Shown here in pieces: positions 19,560 through 28,758 of a DNA stretch of 64,000 nucleotides. Each line of letters begins with the position of its first letter. Positions within the stretch are counted from its first letter, which is position 1. The notes beneath the pieces are model-generated. The model saw only the letters and a list, made by a program, of their open reading frames with translations, made no database searches and was not told the origin of the DNA. The position numbers and the translations under genes were made by a program. Location of the stretch: contig CAVWUU010000001.1 of the NCBI GenBank assembly GCA_963758295.1, positions 96,001 to 160,000 on the forward strand, read 5' to 3'. Source of the stretch: Candidatus Eremiobacteria bacterium (GTDB lineage Bacteria; Vulcanimicrobiota; Vulcanimicrobiia; Vulcanimicrobiales; Vulcanimicrobiaceae).

Positions 19560-20678
19560 TTAGGCGGAGCCTGCTTTTGCCAGCGCGACCGCAAAGCGCG
19601 CGCAAAGATCCAACGCGTCCGGCGGTCCAAGCTTTTCGCGCAGTTCTAAGAACGCTTCATATTGCGGGACCGGATTCTCCAGCAGCTGCTCCATCGCGCC
19701 CGCTAAGTTTTCAGCGGTAGCGGCGTCTTGCAAAAACTCCGGCACGACCTCGCGTTTGAGCACAAGATTCGGCAAGGTGATGTATTTGCCCGAGTATACG
19801 CGGCGTGCGTGGCGCACAAGTACCGGCGCAATCACGTAGAGCGCTACGGCCGGAACGCCGAGCAACGCCGTCTCCAACACCGCCGTGCCGGATGCGACCC
19901 AGGCTGCGTCGGCATCGGCGATGGCCGCGTGCACTCCGCGCATGACCGTAACGTCTCGAAGTTTCTCGCGTGCAATAGTGCGCTTGAGCTGGGCTTCCGC
20001 GGCATCGTTCGCGGCTCCGAATATTCCGCGGAGATCCGGACGCCGAACCTTGAGCGCGCGATACGCTTCGACCAGCGCCGGTACGTGGTAACGCAATTCA
20101 CCGTTGCGGCTTCCCGGAAGCATCGCGACCGTGCCGCCGTTCGGCGAAGGCGCCGGGCGTGGCGGGCGTGACGCGTACTGCGCCGCAAGCGGATGGCCGA
20201 AATAAACGATCGGCAATCGATGCGATTTATAGAACTCGTACTGATGCGCGAAGGCGGTCAACGGAACGGCGTACGAGCTTACTTCGCGCGCTTTAGCTTC
20301 ATTGTCGAGCCATGTGGCCGGCGGAAATACGTCCAGTACGGCGCCGCCGTACTTCTGACGCGTGCGCAACTCTTTCGCGAGCCGCAAGTTGAACGCGCCG
20401 AAATCGACCAGTATCACGAGATCGGGCTTAACGCGCGCAACGTGCTGGGCGGTTTGCCACATCGTAGCGAGCAGCTTTGGAATGCGCGGAATAGCGGCGA
20501 GCGGTCCCATGCTGGCCCAGCCCGTGTGATCGCGCCAGAGTTCGAAGCCTTCGGAACGCATGCGTTGCGAGCCGATCCCCTCGAACTGCGCTTGCGGGTC
20601 GTACCGGCGAATGGCTTGCGCCAGTAAGACCGCGCTTAGCTCGCCCGAAGCCTCGCCGCTCGAAAAGAAGTAACGCAA
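19560..20678 (-). CDS. lpxB: Lipid-A-disaccharide synthase
   Basis: SGEASGE, LVDFGAFNLRLA, GHPL, LPGSRNGE, ASGTAVLE, LPNL motifs; follows lpxA. Confidence 0.93.
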   Translation of the reverse strand: MRYFFSSGEASGELSAVLLAQAIRRYDPQAQFEGIGSQRMRSEGFELWRDHTGWASMGPLAAIPRIPKLLATMWQTAQHVARVKPDLVILVDFGAFNLRLAKELRTRQKYGGAVLDVFPPATWLDNEAKAREVSSYAVPLTAFAHQYEFYKSHRLPIVYFGHPLAAQYASRPPRPAPSPNGGTVAMLPGSRNGELRYHVPALVEAYRALKVRRPDLRGIFGAANDAAEAQLKRTIAREKLRDVTVMRGVHAAIADADAAWVASGTAVLETALLGVPAVALYVIAPVLVRHARRVYSGKYITLPNLVLKREVVPEFLQDAATAENLAGAMEQLLENPVPQYEAFLELREKLGPPDALDLCARFAVALAKAGSA

Positions 20679-20679
20679 C

Positions 20680-21447
20680 TTATTTGAGGATGCCTCGCTG
20701 CGATTCGTTCTCGAGAAACGCGATGATTTCGCGGCCGGGGTCGCTGCTGGCCTCGGCCTTCATCTCGGAGATCGCTTGCGAGACGTTGAGCTTCGGGTTA
20801 TAGAGGATCTTGTAGAATTTTTTGATTTCGTTGCGTTCTGCAACGGTGAACCCTGCGCGGCGCAAACCAACGCTGTTCAACCCGTACGGCTGTGCCGGGT
20901 TGCCTTCGATGAGGAAGAACGGCGGCACGTCTTTAGTAAGTTTGCTCGCGCCGCCGATCATGGCATAGCGGCCGATGCGCGTGAACTGATGAACGCCGGC
21001 CTGTCCGCCGATCGTCGTGTAGTCCCCTACTTCCACGTGGCCGGCAAGCTGCGCGAGGTTGCTCATCGTCACGCCGTTGCCCAAAATGCAGTTGTGCGCG
21101 ATATGCACGTACGCCAGAAGCAGGCAGTCGTCGCCGACCGCGGTGACTTCGTCTTCGCCGGTGGCGCGCTGAATGCTGACGTACTCGCGAAGAATCGTGC
21201 GGCTGCCGACGCGCGTGAAGGCACGTTCGCCCCGATACTTGCGGTCTTGCGAAGCCGCACCAATCGTGGCGAACGGATAGATCACGCAATTCTCGCCGAT
21301 GTCCGTCCAGCCGTTGATGACCACGTGCGCCTGCAGCACGGTTCCCGTGCCGACCGAAACATGTTCGCCAACGATGCAATACGGCCCGACTTCTACGCCG
21401 CGCGCAACTTTTGCATTCGGATGAACGATAGCGGTTGGATGTATCAT
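20680..21447 (-). CDS. lpxA: UDP-N-acetylglucosamine acyltransferase
   Basis: MIHPTAIV, hexapeptide repeats, HIAHNC, VHQF, GLNSVGLRR. Confidence 0.97.
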   Translation of the reverse strand: MIHPTAIVHPNAKVARGVEVGPYCIVGEHVSVGTGTVLQAHVVINGWTDIGENCVIYPFATIGAASQDRKYRGERAFTRVGSRTILREYVSIQRATGEDEVTAVGDDCLLLAYVHIAHNCILGNGVTMSNLAQLAGHVEVGDYTTIGGQAGVHQFTRIGRYAMIGGASKLTKDVPPFFLIEGNPAQPYGLNSVGLRRAGFTVAERNEIKKFYKILYNPKLNVSQAISEMKAEASSDPGREIIAFLENESQRGILK

Positions 21448-21449
21448 TT

Positions 21450-21923
21450 TTAGGCGTGCAGCACCGCGGCGTCGGCGCCGAACATGCGCGGATCGGACGC
21501 GATCGAGAACATTAGCTCGCACGCGCACGCGAGTTGGTCGTCGACCTTCGCTTCCGCGCGCACCCAGCCGATGTTGCGTTTATGGCGTTCGAGCGTCACT
21601 TCCATCATGAGGCGGTCGCCGGGAACGACCGGACGGCGAAACTTTGCCTTATCGATGCCGGCGAGATACGGAGTCTTCCGCGAGAACTCGCCGGGCTCGA
21701 GAACGACCGCGCCGCCGAGCTGCGCCATCGCTTCGATCATGTACACGCCCGGGAAAAGCGGATTGCCGGGAAAGTGTCCGGTGAAAACCGGCTCGTTGAA
21801 CGTGATGTTCTTATAGCCCAGCGCGCGCACGCCCGGCTCGAGCTCCAGAATCCGGTCGATCAAAAGAAGCGGATAGCGATGCGGCAAGATCTCCATGATC
21901 TGCCGGATGTCCATTTGTCCCAC
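21450..21923 (-). CDS. fabZ: 3-hydroxyacyl-ACP dehydratase
   Basis: LPHRYPLLLID, GHFPGNP…PGV…EAMAQ. GTG start after GAGG. Confidence 0.97.
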   Translation of the reverse strand: MGQMDIRQIMEILPHRYPLLLIDRILELEPGVRALGYKNITFNEPVFTGHFPGNPLFPGVYMIEAMAQLGGAVVLEPGEFSRKTPYLAGIDKAKFRRPVVPGDRLMMEVTLERHKRNIGWVRAEAKVDDQLACACELMFSIASDPRMFGADAAVLHA

Positions 21924-21930
21924 GATACCT

Positions 21931-22758
21931 CTACGCTGAAGATGCGACACCCAATTGTTGCCGCAGGGCACGCGTCACGCGCGCGTGCAAGGCGTGCCCG
22001 CTCTTGATGGCGATCACTTCGCAAAGCGGCCATGCGCCGAGCAGGGCAAAATCTCCGATCAGGTCGAGCACTTTGTGCCGGACAACTTCGTTGCCCCACA
22101 GCAGCGGCTGCATTGGACCGGTTTCGTCGTATACGAGCGCGTTGTCTAAACTGCCGCCGCGCGCCAGCCCTTGCTCGCGCATCGCTTCGACGTCGCGCAA
22201 AAATGTAAACGTGCGCGCGGACGCGATTTCTTCGCGGTAAGTCTGCGGCGTAATTTCACCATCGAAATAATGCGTGCCGATTGGTTCGTCGTAATGCGCG
22301 ATGAACCGGATGCGGAACGTCTCGGACGGCAGCACGATAGCGGCTTTATCGCCGTTGCGATATTCGAACGGCTCGGTAATCCGCAGCATGGGGCGTTGCG
22401 TTGCGCCCGCGGTTAAGCCGGTAGCGGCAATCGCGTCGGCATAAATCTTGGCGGATCCGTCAAGGATTGGAATTTCGCGCCCGTACAATACGATCTCCGC
22501 ATCGGAGACCCCCATGCCCATGAGTGCCGAGAGAATGTGTTCGATCGTCGAGATGCTGCGACCGTGCGACTGGATGATTGTAGCGAGCGGCGTTTCCACC
22601 GCGTATTCGGCAAGCGCCGGGATGCGCGCGCCGTCGCTCAAGACGAAGACGTAACCGGTTCCCGGGGACGCCGGGCGCACTTCCATCGAGGCAGCTTCAC
22701 CCGTGTGAAGACCGACGCCCTCAAATCGCAGGGCATCGCGCAGCGTTGCAGCGTTCAT
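21931..22758 (-). CDS. lpxC: UDP-3-O-acyl-GlcNAc deacetylase
   Basis: GVGLHTG, STIEH, PILDGSA, ARTF, HKVLDLIGD, GHALH. Confidence 0.97.
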   Translation of the reverse strand: MNAATLRDALRFEGVGLHTGEAASMEVRPASPGTGYVFVLSDGARIPALAEYAVETPLATIIQSHGRSISTIEHILSALMGMGVSDAEIVLYGREIPILDGSAKIYADAIAATGLTAGATQRPMLRITEPFEYRNGDKAAIVLPSETFRIRFIAHYDEPIGTHYFDGEITPQTYREEIASARTFTFLRDVEAMREQGLARGGSLDNALVYDETGPMQPLLWGNEVVRHKVLDLIGDFALLGAWPLCEVIAIKSGHALHARVTRALRQQLGVASSA

Positions 22759-22770
22759 TGCTCGGCGGGC

Positions 22771-23799
22771 TTACTCGGTCTTACGCGACCGTTCGCGCTC
22801 CAACGCATCCACACGAGCGATCAGCTTTGGCAGCTTGCGAAGCATGACCTCCGTTCGAAGCGTCTCGCGATGGTCACGCGCGGGATTGCCCGAAATCATC
22901 GAACCATCCGCTACGTCGCCCCACACGCCCGACTGTCCCGCGACGGTCGAACCGGAGCCGATGTGCATGTGTCCGCGCGTGCCGACTTGACCCGCAATCT
23001 TCACGCCGTCGCCGACGCTGGTCGAGCCGGCGAAGCCGCTTTGCGCCGCAACGGCGGAGTGCTTACCGATGCGCGAGTTGTGGCCGATCTGTACGAGGTT
23101 GTCGATCTTCGTTCCCCGCCCGACGACCGTGCTGCCCGTTTGCGCGCGGTCGACGCAAGCATTTGCGCCGATCTCGACTTCGTCGTCGAGCACGACGTTG
23201 CCGATCTGCGGAATACGTTCTAGCCGGCCCTCTAAAAAGGCCCAGCCGAACCCTTCGCTGCCGATCACGCAGCCCGAGTGCAGAATGACGCGATTTCCCA
23301 GGACGCACCCTTCGTGCACGATTGCCCGCGGGTGCAGCCAGCACTCTTCACCGATCGCCGTGCCGGCACCAACGTAGGCGCCCGGCGAAAGCACGGTTCC
23401 ACGTCCGATGGTTACGCCGCTCGCCACGTACACGCCGGCGCCGAGATAAACCTCGTCGCCGATCTGCGCGCCGTCTTCGACGACGGCCGTCGCATGCCGG
23501 AACGGACCTTTCGGGCGCGGCGCCTTCAGCGCCGCAAGCAGCGTCGCAAGCGCGGCACGAGCGTTTTCAACCACAAGCAGCGGCTTCGGCGCGTTTTCGA
23601 GGCCGGGCAGGGATGCATCGACCAGCACGGCTGCAGCAGCACCGGCAAGAGCCTCTGCGAGATACTTCTCGTCGGTAGCAAACGTCAACGCATCCGAAGT
23701 CGCGTCACCGATCGCACTGATGCGCGCGATCGCTACGGATCCCTCTCCTACGATGCGCCCGCCGACGCGTGCGCCTAGCTCTTGCAGCGTGCCTAACAT
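22771..23799 (-). CDS. lpxD: UDP-3-O-acylglucosamine N-acyltransferase
   Basis: Hexapeptide repeats, IGSEGFG, IPQIGNV, KIDNLVQIGHN. Confidence 0.97.
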   Translation of the reverse strand: MLGTLQELGARVGGRIVGEGSVAIARISAIGDATSDALTFATDEKYLAEALAGAAAAVLVDASLPGLENAPKPLLVVENARAALATLLAALKAPRPKGPFRHATAVVEDGAQIGDEVYLGAGVYVASGVTIGRGTVLSPGAYVGAGTAIGEECWLHPRAIVHEGCVLGNRVILHSGCVIGSEGFGWAFLEGRLERIPQIGNVVLDDEVEIGANACVDRAQTGSTVVGRGTKIDNLVQIGHNSRIGKHSAVAAQSGFAGSTSVGDGVKIAGQVGTRGHMHIGSGSTVAGQSGVWGDVADGSMISGNPARDHRETLRTEVMLRKLPKLIARVDALERERSRKTE

Positions 23800-23806
23800 G
23801 TGCAGC

Positions 23807-24208
23807 TTACGTGGGCGACGGAGACGCCTTCTCGGTAATGTTCATGAGCTTTTCGACGTCGGGCGTAATGTCCACGCCGCCGTAGCCCACGCCTTCCTTC
23901 GTAACCACGAGCTTGAGATTCTTGTCCGACGCGACCTTATTGGCGGCATCGCGAATCTGCTTGGTGAGATCGTCGGTGATCCCGGCGTACTTCTTCTGCA
24001 GCGCGTTGGCTTCCTGAGTCTTGCGCTGCGTGCTCGCCTTACTTTGCACGATCTTCTGCTCTTCGGTAAGCAGTTGCTGCTGGTAGTTTTGATACGTCGG
24101 CCAGTTCGCAACCACGCGGTTGATGTCGATCAGACCAACGGGGCTGGAGTTGCCGCTGCATCCTGCGAGCAGCGCGGCGAAGGCAGCGATGGCGGTGTAT
24201 TTCTTCAT
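23807..24208 (-). CDS. Short OmpH/Skp-like lipoprotein
   Basis: LAGC lipobox, VGLIDINRV and VGYGGVDITPDV Skp-type termini. Confidence 0.8.
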   Translation of the reverse strand: MKKYTAIAAFAALLAGCSGNSSPVGLIDINRVVANWPTYQNYQQQLLTEEQKIVQSKASTQRKTQEANALQKKYAGITDDLTKQIRDAANKVASDKNLKLVVTKEGVGYGGVDITPDVEKLMNITEKASPSPT

Positions 24209-25485
24209 TCGTGTAAACTCTCGACGTCGTGAATTAGATCGTTAGTAAGGTCGTAACCGCCGTTGGCGGCAGCTACGTTATCGAAGACCACGGAAAAGCC
24301 CATGTCTTTGGCGATCCGTTGCGCTTCGCGATGGATTTGGTCGGTCATTTGCGCCTGCAGATCGTCGTGACGCTTCTGCAGCGACGCAAGTTCTTTTGCG
24401 GCAGAGCCGGTCGCGCCGACGTCCTGCCCTTGGAGAGACGCGTACTGACGGTCTAGATCCGTCTTGGTCGCGTTGTACTCTGCAATGCTCTTCTGCGCGT
24501 CCGATTGGAACATGGAGGCGTACTGCGAGTGAATCTGAGCGAGCTTCTTCTGCACGTCCGGCGGCACGTTGGGTGCGGCCGGTCCGGCGAGCGTCTTCAA
24601 TTGCGATCCAACCGCGTCGCGGCGGGCGCTCAGCTTTGCTTGGGTTTGCGAACGGATTTTCGCCACTTCGGCCTTCACCGAAGAATCGGTCTGCGCGCGA
24701 AGCTGCGTGCGATACGTGGCCAGATCTTGCTGGTCGCGGGTACGCAGCGCATTGACTTGATCGGCCTCTTTTTTGTCTAGGGCCGCCAGCTGACCGTTCA
24801 CCGACGCGCGCGTTGCAGCATCGAGCGCAAGATTGTTCAGCTTTAGTTTCAGTGCAGAGCGCTGCGTTGCGTCCTCTTGCGCGAGGCGCAACGACAGGTC
24901 GGTTTCCTGTTGCTGATACTGTTCGGCTTTTGCACGAAACTTCGCGTCGCCTTGCTTCTGTAATTGCTGCGCGACGCCGTTCACGGCGGCCGTATCTTGC
25001 GATATGACGCTTTGCTGGTACGCCATGTAATCTTTGTTGGCTTGCTGTGCGGCGCTGGCGGCCTGCTGCCGCGAGGTGGCGCTCATTTGCGCGGCAGCCT
25101 TGAAGCTCGAGGGGTCGATGCCGGCGGCTTGCAACGCGGTCACATCTGCCTCCCGCTCACGCTTGCCGTACTCGACTTGCTTCTGCGCGATCGCTTTGTT
25201 TGCACGGTCTTGCGCATCGCGCAACTGCTGGTTTAACTGCTTGACGCCCGCGGCGACTTCGGCCGCGCTGCGGGGCACGCGCGGACCGGCCGCTTCCAGG
25301 TTGATCGCGGTAATCGAATCGTCCAGTTGCGAGAGTTGCTTGTAGAGCGGGTGGTGCTTGAGCACCTCGTCCATCCGCACGTAGGCCATCCCGCGAATCT
25401 GCGGCGAGTTCACGTCGACATGACTGCAACCGCAGAAAGCAGTTGCAGTCACGAATGCAAGAAGCGCCGCGGCTTTACCAGGCAT
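24205..25485 (-). CDS. Long coiled-coil OmpH/Skp-like protein, probable lipoprotein
   Basis: AYVRMDEVLKHHP and VVFD…GGYDLTND Skp-type termini around a long Gln/Ala-rich coiled coil; FCGC after a hydrophobic stretch. Start set at ATG 25485. Confidence 0.7.
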   Translation of the reverse strand: MPGKAAALLAFVTATAFCGCSHVDVNSPQIRGMAYVRMDEVLKHHPLYKQLSQLDDSITAINLEAAGPRVPRSAAEVAAGVKQLNQQLRDAQDRANKAIAQKQVEYGKREREADVTALQAAGIDPSSFKAAAQMSATSRQQAASAAQQANKDYMAYQQSVISQDTAAVNGVAQQLQKQGDAKFRAKAEQYQQQETDLSLRLAQEDATQRSALKLKLNNLALDAATRASVNGQLAALDKKEADQVNALRTRDQQDLATYRTQLRAQTDSSVKAEVAKIRSQTQAKLSARRDAVGSQLKTLAGPAAPNVPPDVQKKLAQIHSQYASMFQSDAQKSIAEYNATKTDLDRQYASLQGQDVGATGSAAKELASLQKRHDDLQAQMTDQIHREAQRIAKDMGFSVVFDNVAAANGGYDLTNDLIHDVESLHE

Positions 25486-25510
25486 TGCTTTAGCTTTGTC
25501 CCGGCAAAAT

Positions 25511-26314
25511 CTATTTCGAGAGGGCATCTTGGACATCTTTCGTGATGTCCATGCCTCCGTAGATGATGTCCGCCCGGTCGACGACGAGCAACAAGTTGTG
25601 CTTCTTCGCAGCGTCGGCCGTATCGGACTTCGTCTGATCCACAAGCGGCTTCAGCAGTGAATCGCGCTTGTCTTGAATCGATTTGTTGTAGTCCGCGAGG
25701 ACCGCTTGTTTGTCGACGTCGGTCTTAGCCGCTTGCAGCTTCGGCGCGTACGTCTTCTGCTGATCCTGCTGGAACTTTTGGAGCTGGTCGGCAGCGTCTT
25801 TGACCTTCGACGAACCATCGAGCGCCGTTTGATCGACCCAGCCGATTTCCGACGGCGCGGGCGACGCGCTCGGCGGCGTCAACGCCTGCGAACTCTGCAG
25901 CGCGCTCGTAACGTCTTTGGTTATGTCCTCTCCGCCGTAGACGATGATGCGTTTGTCGACGACCACCGAAAGGTTCTTGCTGCCTGCGACCGACGCGATC
26001 GCGAGCTGGGCACGCTGGAAGAGCGGGCCGACGACTTCGCGTTGCTTGTCGGCGAACTGCTGCTGGAAGCGCAGCGACACGTTCTGTTTGTCCGCGTCGC
26101 TTTTTGCACCGCGCATGGCGGCGGCGAACTGGGAATCCAGCTGCTGCTTGTATTGCGCGAGCTGGGCGTTGGCACGCGCGAATTGCGGCAGGCTGCCGAC
26201 GGCGCTCTGATCGATGAAGCCCACGTCGGTGAGGTCGGCAGCGATTGCCGCCGGTGCGACGACCGTTGCAAGCGCAGCCGTTGCAAGCAGGGTATTGATG
26301 AGGCGTTTTCTCAT
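25511..26314 (-). CDS. Tandem two-domain OmpH/Skp chaperone
   Basis: Two repeats: VGFIDQ…VVVDKRIIVYGGEDITKDV and IGWVDQ…LVVDRADIIYGGMDITKDV; signal peptide. Confidence 0.88.
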   Translation of the reverse strand: MRKRLINTLLATAALATVVAPAAIAADLTDVGFIDQSAVGSLPQFARANAQLAQYKQQLDSQFAAAMRGAKSDADKQNVSLRFQQQFADKQREVVGPLFQRAQLAIASVAGSKNLSVVVDKRIIVYGGEDITKDVTSALQSSQALTPPSASPAPSEIGWVDQTALDGSSKVKDAADQLQKFQQDQQKTYAPKLQAAKTDVDKQAVLADYNKSIQDKRDSLLKPLVDQTKSDTADAAKKHNLLLVVDRADIIYGGMDITKDVQDALSK

Positions 26315-26333
26315 GCTGTCCTTCGAGAGTAGC

Positions 26334-28616
26334 TTAGAAACTTTGGCCGATGCCGAAGCTAGTGTGCGTGCCGTTCGAACCTTTCGCGAAATCGATGCGA
26401 ACCGTTCTCAGACCAAGCTGGGGAACGTCGAACCGGAAACCGACGCCGAAGTCGCCGCGCTGCGCCCAGTCACCCGGGTAGCCGATGATTCGGTTGGTGT
26501 ACGGGTCGAGCAGAGGCGACGCACCGCGAATTCGGTAGTTTAATTCGTCGACGAACGCAACCACCGAAAGACGGCGATCCGACGTTAGCGGCTGGCGAAG
26601 CTCCGCCTGGCCGAGCAACGCGTCGGTCGCGTAGAAAACTTGGTCGTAACCGCGCAGCTGCTGATCCGAGAACGTAAACAGGGAGCTTGGCGGGATTACG
26701 CCCGTCGACAGCTGCCCTTGTCCGTGAACCGCGAACGTCGCCGAGCGCAATACCGGGAAGAAGCGTGCCACGTTCAGCGTTTCTTGCGTGAACTGAAAGC
26801 TCGAGCGCAAGAACGACGGGGACGAGATCACGCTGCTCAGCTGCGCGTTATAGCCGACGCGCGGGTTGAACGGATCGTCGACGGTGGCCGTCGTCGTTCC
26901 GACGGAGAACGTCAGCGAGTTGAGCTGATACGGTTGGCCGGTATTAACGTTCGCGATCGACGTCGCGGCGATACCGAACGAGCCGTTGAGATTTTGGTTC
27001 GACGAGTTGAGCGGTCCCGGCGTCGGGCCGATCAGCACGTTGGGCTGCGAACCTTGGAAGTAGTACGGCGTCGGAACCGTCGTGTCGTAGCGCACCGATT
27101 GAATCGTTGCCTGCACGCCGGTCTGAATGTAATCGGTCAAACGGCGGCCGACGTTGAAGCTTGCGCCGTTTGCCGACGATTGGCTCGTCGCCACGACGCC
27201 GCTGATTAGACCGGCGTTCTGGCTCGGGTAGAGCGTCACCGGAACCGGCGGAGGCGTCCCGCCCACGACCGGCGCGGAACCGATCGCCGACGCGCTCGTT
27301 ACGGAGTACACCGGATAGAAGTACGTCGAGCCGTTCGAGAAAAGGCTGGCGCCCACGGAGTACAGCTGAGACTTCGGCGTATTGCCGACGTACGGGACTT
27401 GCACTTGCAGTTGCGACGTGTACGTACGCGCACCGCGTTGGAACTGAATCGAAGCGGTGTTGCCGGTGCCGTGCAGGTTGTTGTCCTGATAGCCGAGCGT
27501 TCCGTACAAGCCTTGGCCGGTGATGCCGCCGGAGTAGCCGAAGCCTACCGATGCGGAAGCGGTGCGCTGTTCGGTAACGTTCCATACGAGGGTCACGTCC
27601 TGCGGCTTCTTCGGATCGGGGCCTTCTTTCACGTCGGGCGAAACCTTCGAGAAGAATCCGAGCGCGTTCAAACGTTCGTAGTCGCGCTTCACGGCGTCGG
27701 TATTCAGCACCATGCCGGGGCGCACGCGAAGTTCACGACGGATGACTTGGTCTTTCGTGCGCGTGTTGCCGGTGATCTGCACGGCGGCGATGCGCGCGAC
27801 GTAGACGTTGTACTTCACGTTGGCGGTGCCGGCCTTTAGATCGATCGACGACGGATCGATGCCGCCTTCAAAGTTGCCGAGTTCGACGTGGAGTTTGTCG
27901 TCGTAGAATTTCTTGAGCGCGTCCTGATCCTTTTGACGGATGTCGTCGGAGTATTCCATCCCCGGCTTCAGCGTCAGTTGCGGTAGCAGGTACTGCGGCG
28001 GAAGCAGCGGGTCGCCGCCGATCTCGATGTTCTTAACCGTGAGGCCTTCTTGAATCGAAAGCAGCAACGAACCGGATTTCGGATCGAGGTTGATGTCTTT
28101 GACGTGCGTCGGAACTTGGCCACCGTAGCCGATGCGCTCGTAGTAGTTATTGATCTTCAGCACGTCCTGGCGGAACGTGTTCGTATTGAAGACTTGGCCG
28201 ACGGAAAGATCCATCAGCGCTAAAAGCGTGTCGCTCGGAACCTTGTTGTTGCCCGAGAATTTGATGCTCGAGATAACGGGGTTTTCGATGACGCGATAGG
28301 TGATCGCCACGCCGTTTGGACGCGGGCGCACGAGCGGCGGCGCGACGTCGGCGAAATAGCCAAGCGCATTGATGCGCTGCAAATCCGCAGCGACGATGCG
28401 CGGATCGTACGGTAGACCCGGCCGCGCACCGACGACATCCATAATGGCTGCAGTCGGGACGTGGAGGTTGCCCGTTACGTCGACGGAGACGATCTTAGGC
28501 GCCGGGCCGGTGTCGGCCGCAGGCGTCGATACTGGCGTCACCATCACGACGAGAGCGAGCAGGGCACCCACGCACCGGACCAGTGCACGAGGCGCGCGCC
28601 GAAGGTCAAAGGTCAT
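26334..28616 (-). CDS. bamA: Omp85/BamA outer-membrane assembly factor (about three POTRA domains)
   Basis: POTRA motifs (VTGN…LGYF, ITGNTRTKDQVIRRE), LRGY loop, terminal FGIGQSF. Confidence 0.92.
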   Translation of the reverse strand: MTFDLRRAPRALVRCVGALLALVVMVTPVSTPAADTGPAPKIVSVDVTGNLHVPTAAIMDVVGARPGLPYDPRIVAADLQRINALGYFADVAPPLVRPRPNGVAITYRVIENPVISSIKFSGNNKVPSDTLLALMDLSVGQVFNTNTFRQDVLKINNYYERIGYGGQVPTHVKDINLDPKSGSLLLSIQEGLTVKNIEIGGDPLLPPQYLLPQLTLKPGMEYSDDIRQKDQDALKKFYDDKLHVELGNFEGGIDPSSIDLKAGTANVKYNVYVARIAAVQITGNTRTKDQVIRRELRVRPGMVLNTDAVKRDYERLNALGFFSKVSPDVKEGPDPKKPQDVTLVWNVTEQRTASASVGFGYSGGITGQGLYGTLGYQDNNLHGTGNTASIQFQRGARTYTSQLQVQVPYVGNTPKSQLYSVGASLFSNGSTYFYPVYSVTSASAIGSAPVVGGTPPPVPVTLYPSQNAGLISGVVATSQSSANGASFNVGRRLTDYIQTGVQATIQSVRYDTTVPTPYYFQGSQPNVLIGPTPGPLNSSNQNLNGSFGIAATSIANVNTGQPYQLNSLTFSVGTTTATVDDPFNPRVGYNAQLSSVISSPSFLRSSFQFTQETLNVARFFPVLRSATFAVHGQGQLSTGVIPPSSLFTFSDQQLRGYDQVFYATDALLGQAELRQPLTSDRRLSVVAFVDELNYRIRGASPLLDPYTNRIIGYPGDWAQRGDFGVGFRFDVPQLGLRTVRIDFAKGSNGTHTSFGIGQSF

Positions 28617-28758
28617 GCGAAAACGTTGTCCTCGAACGAATAAAGAAAGCTGACGGTGTCAGCCAAGCTAACGCGCAATGGGCGCGTCTTGTTTCGGATT
28701 CCGGCCCACAGTTCGCGTAAGGCCCCCCCGGTCCTTGCCTCGGCTGAAGCCTGGGGAT

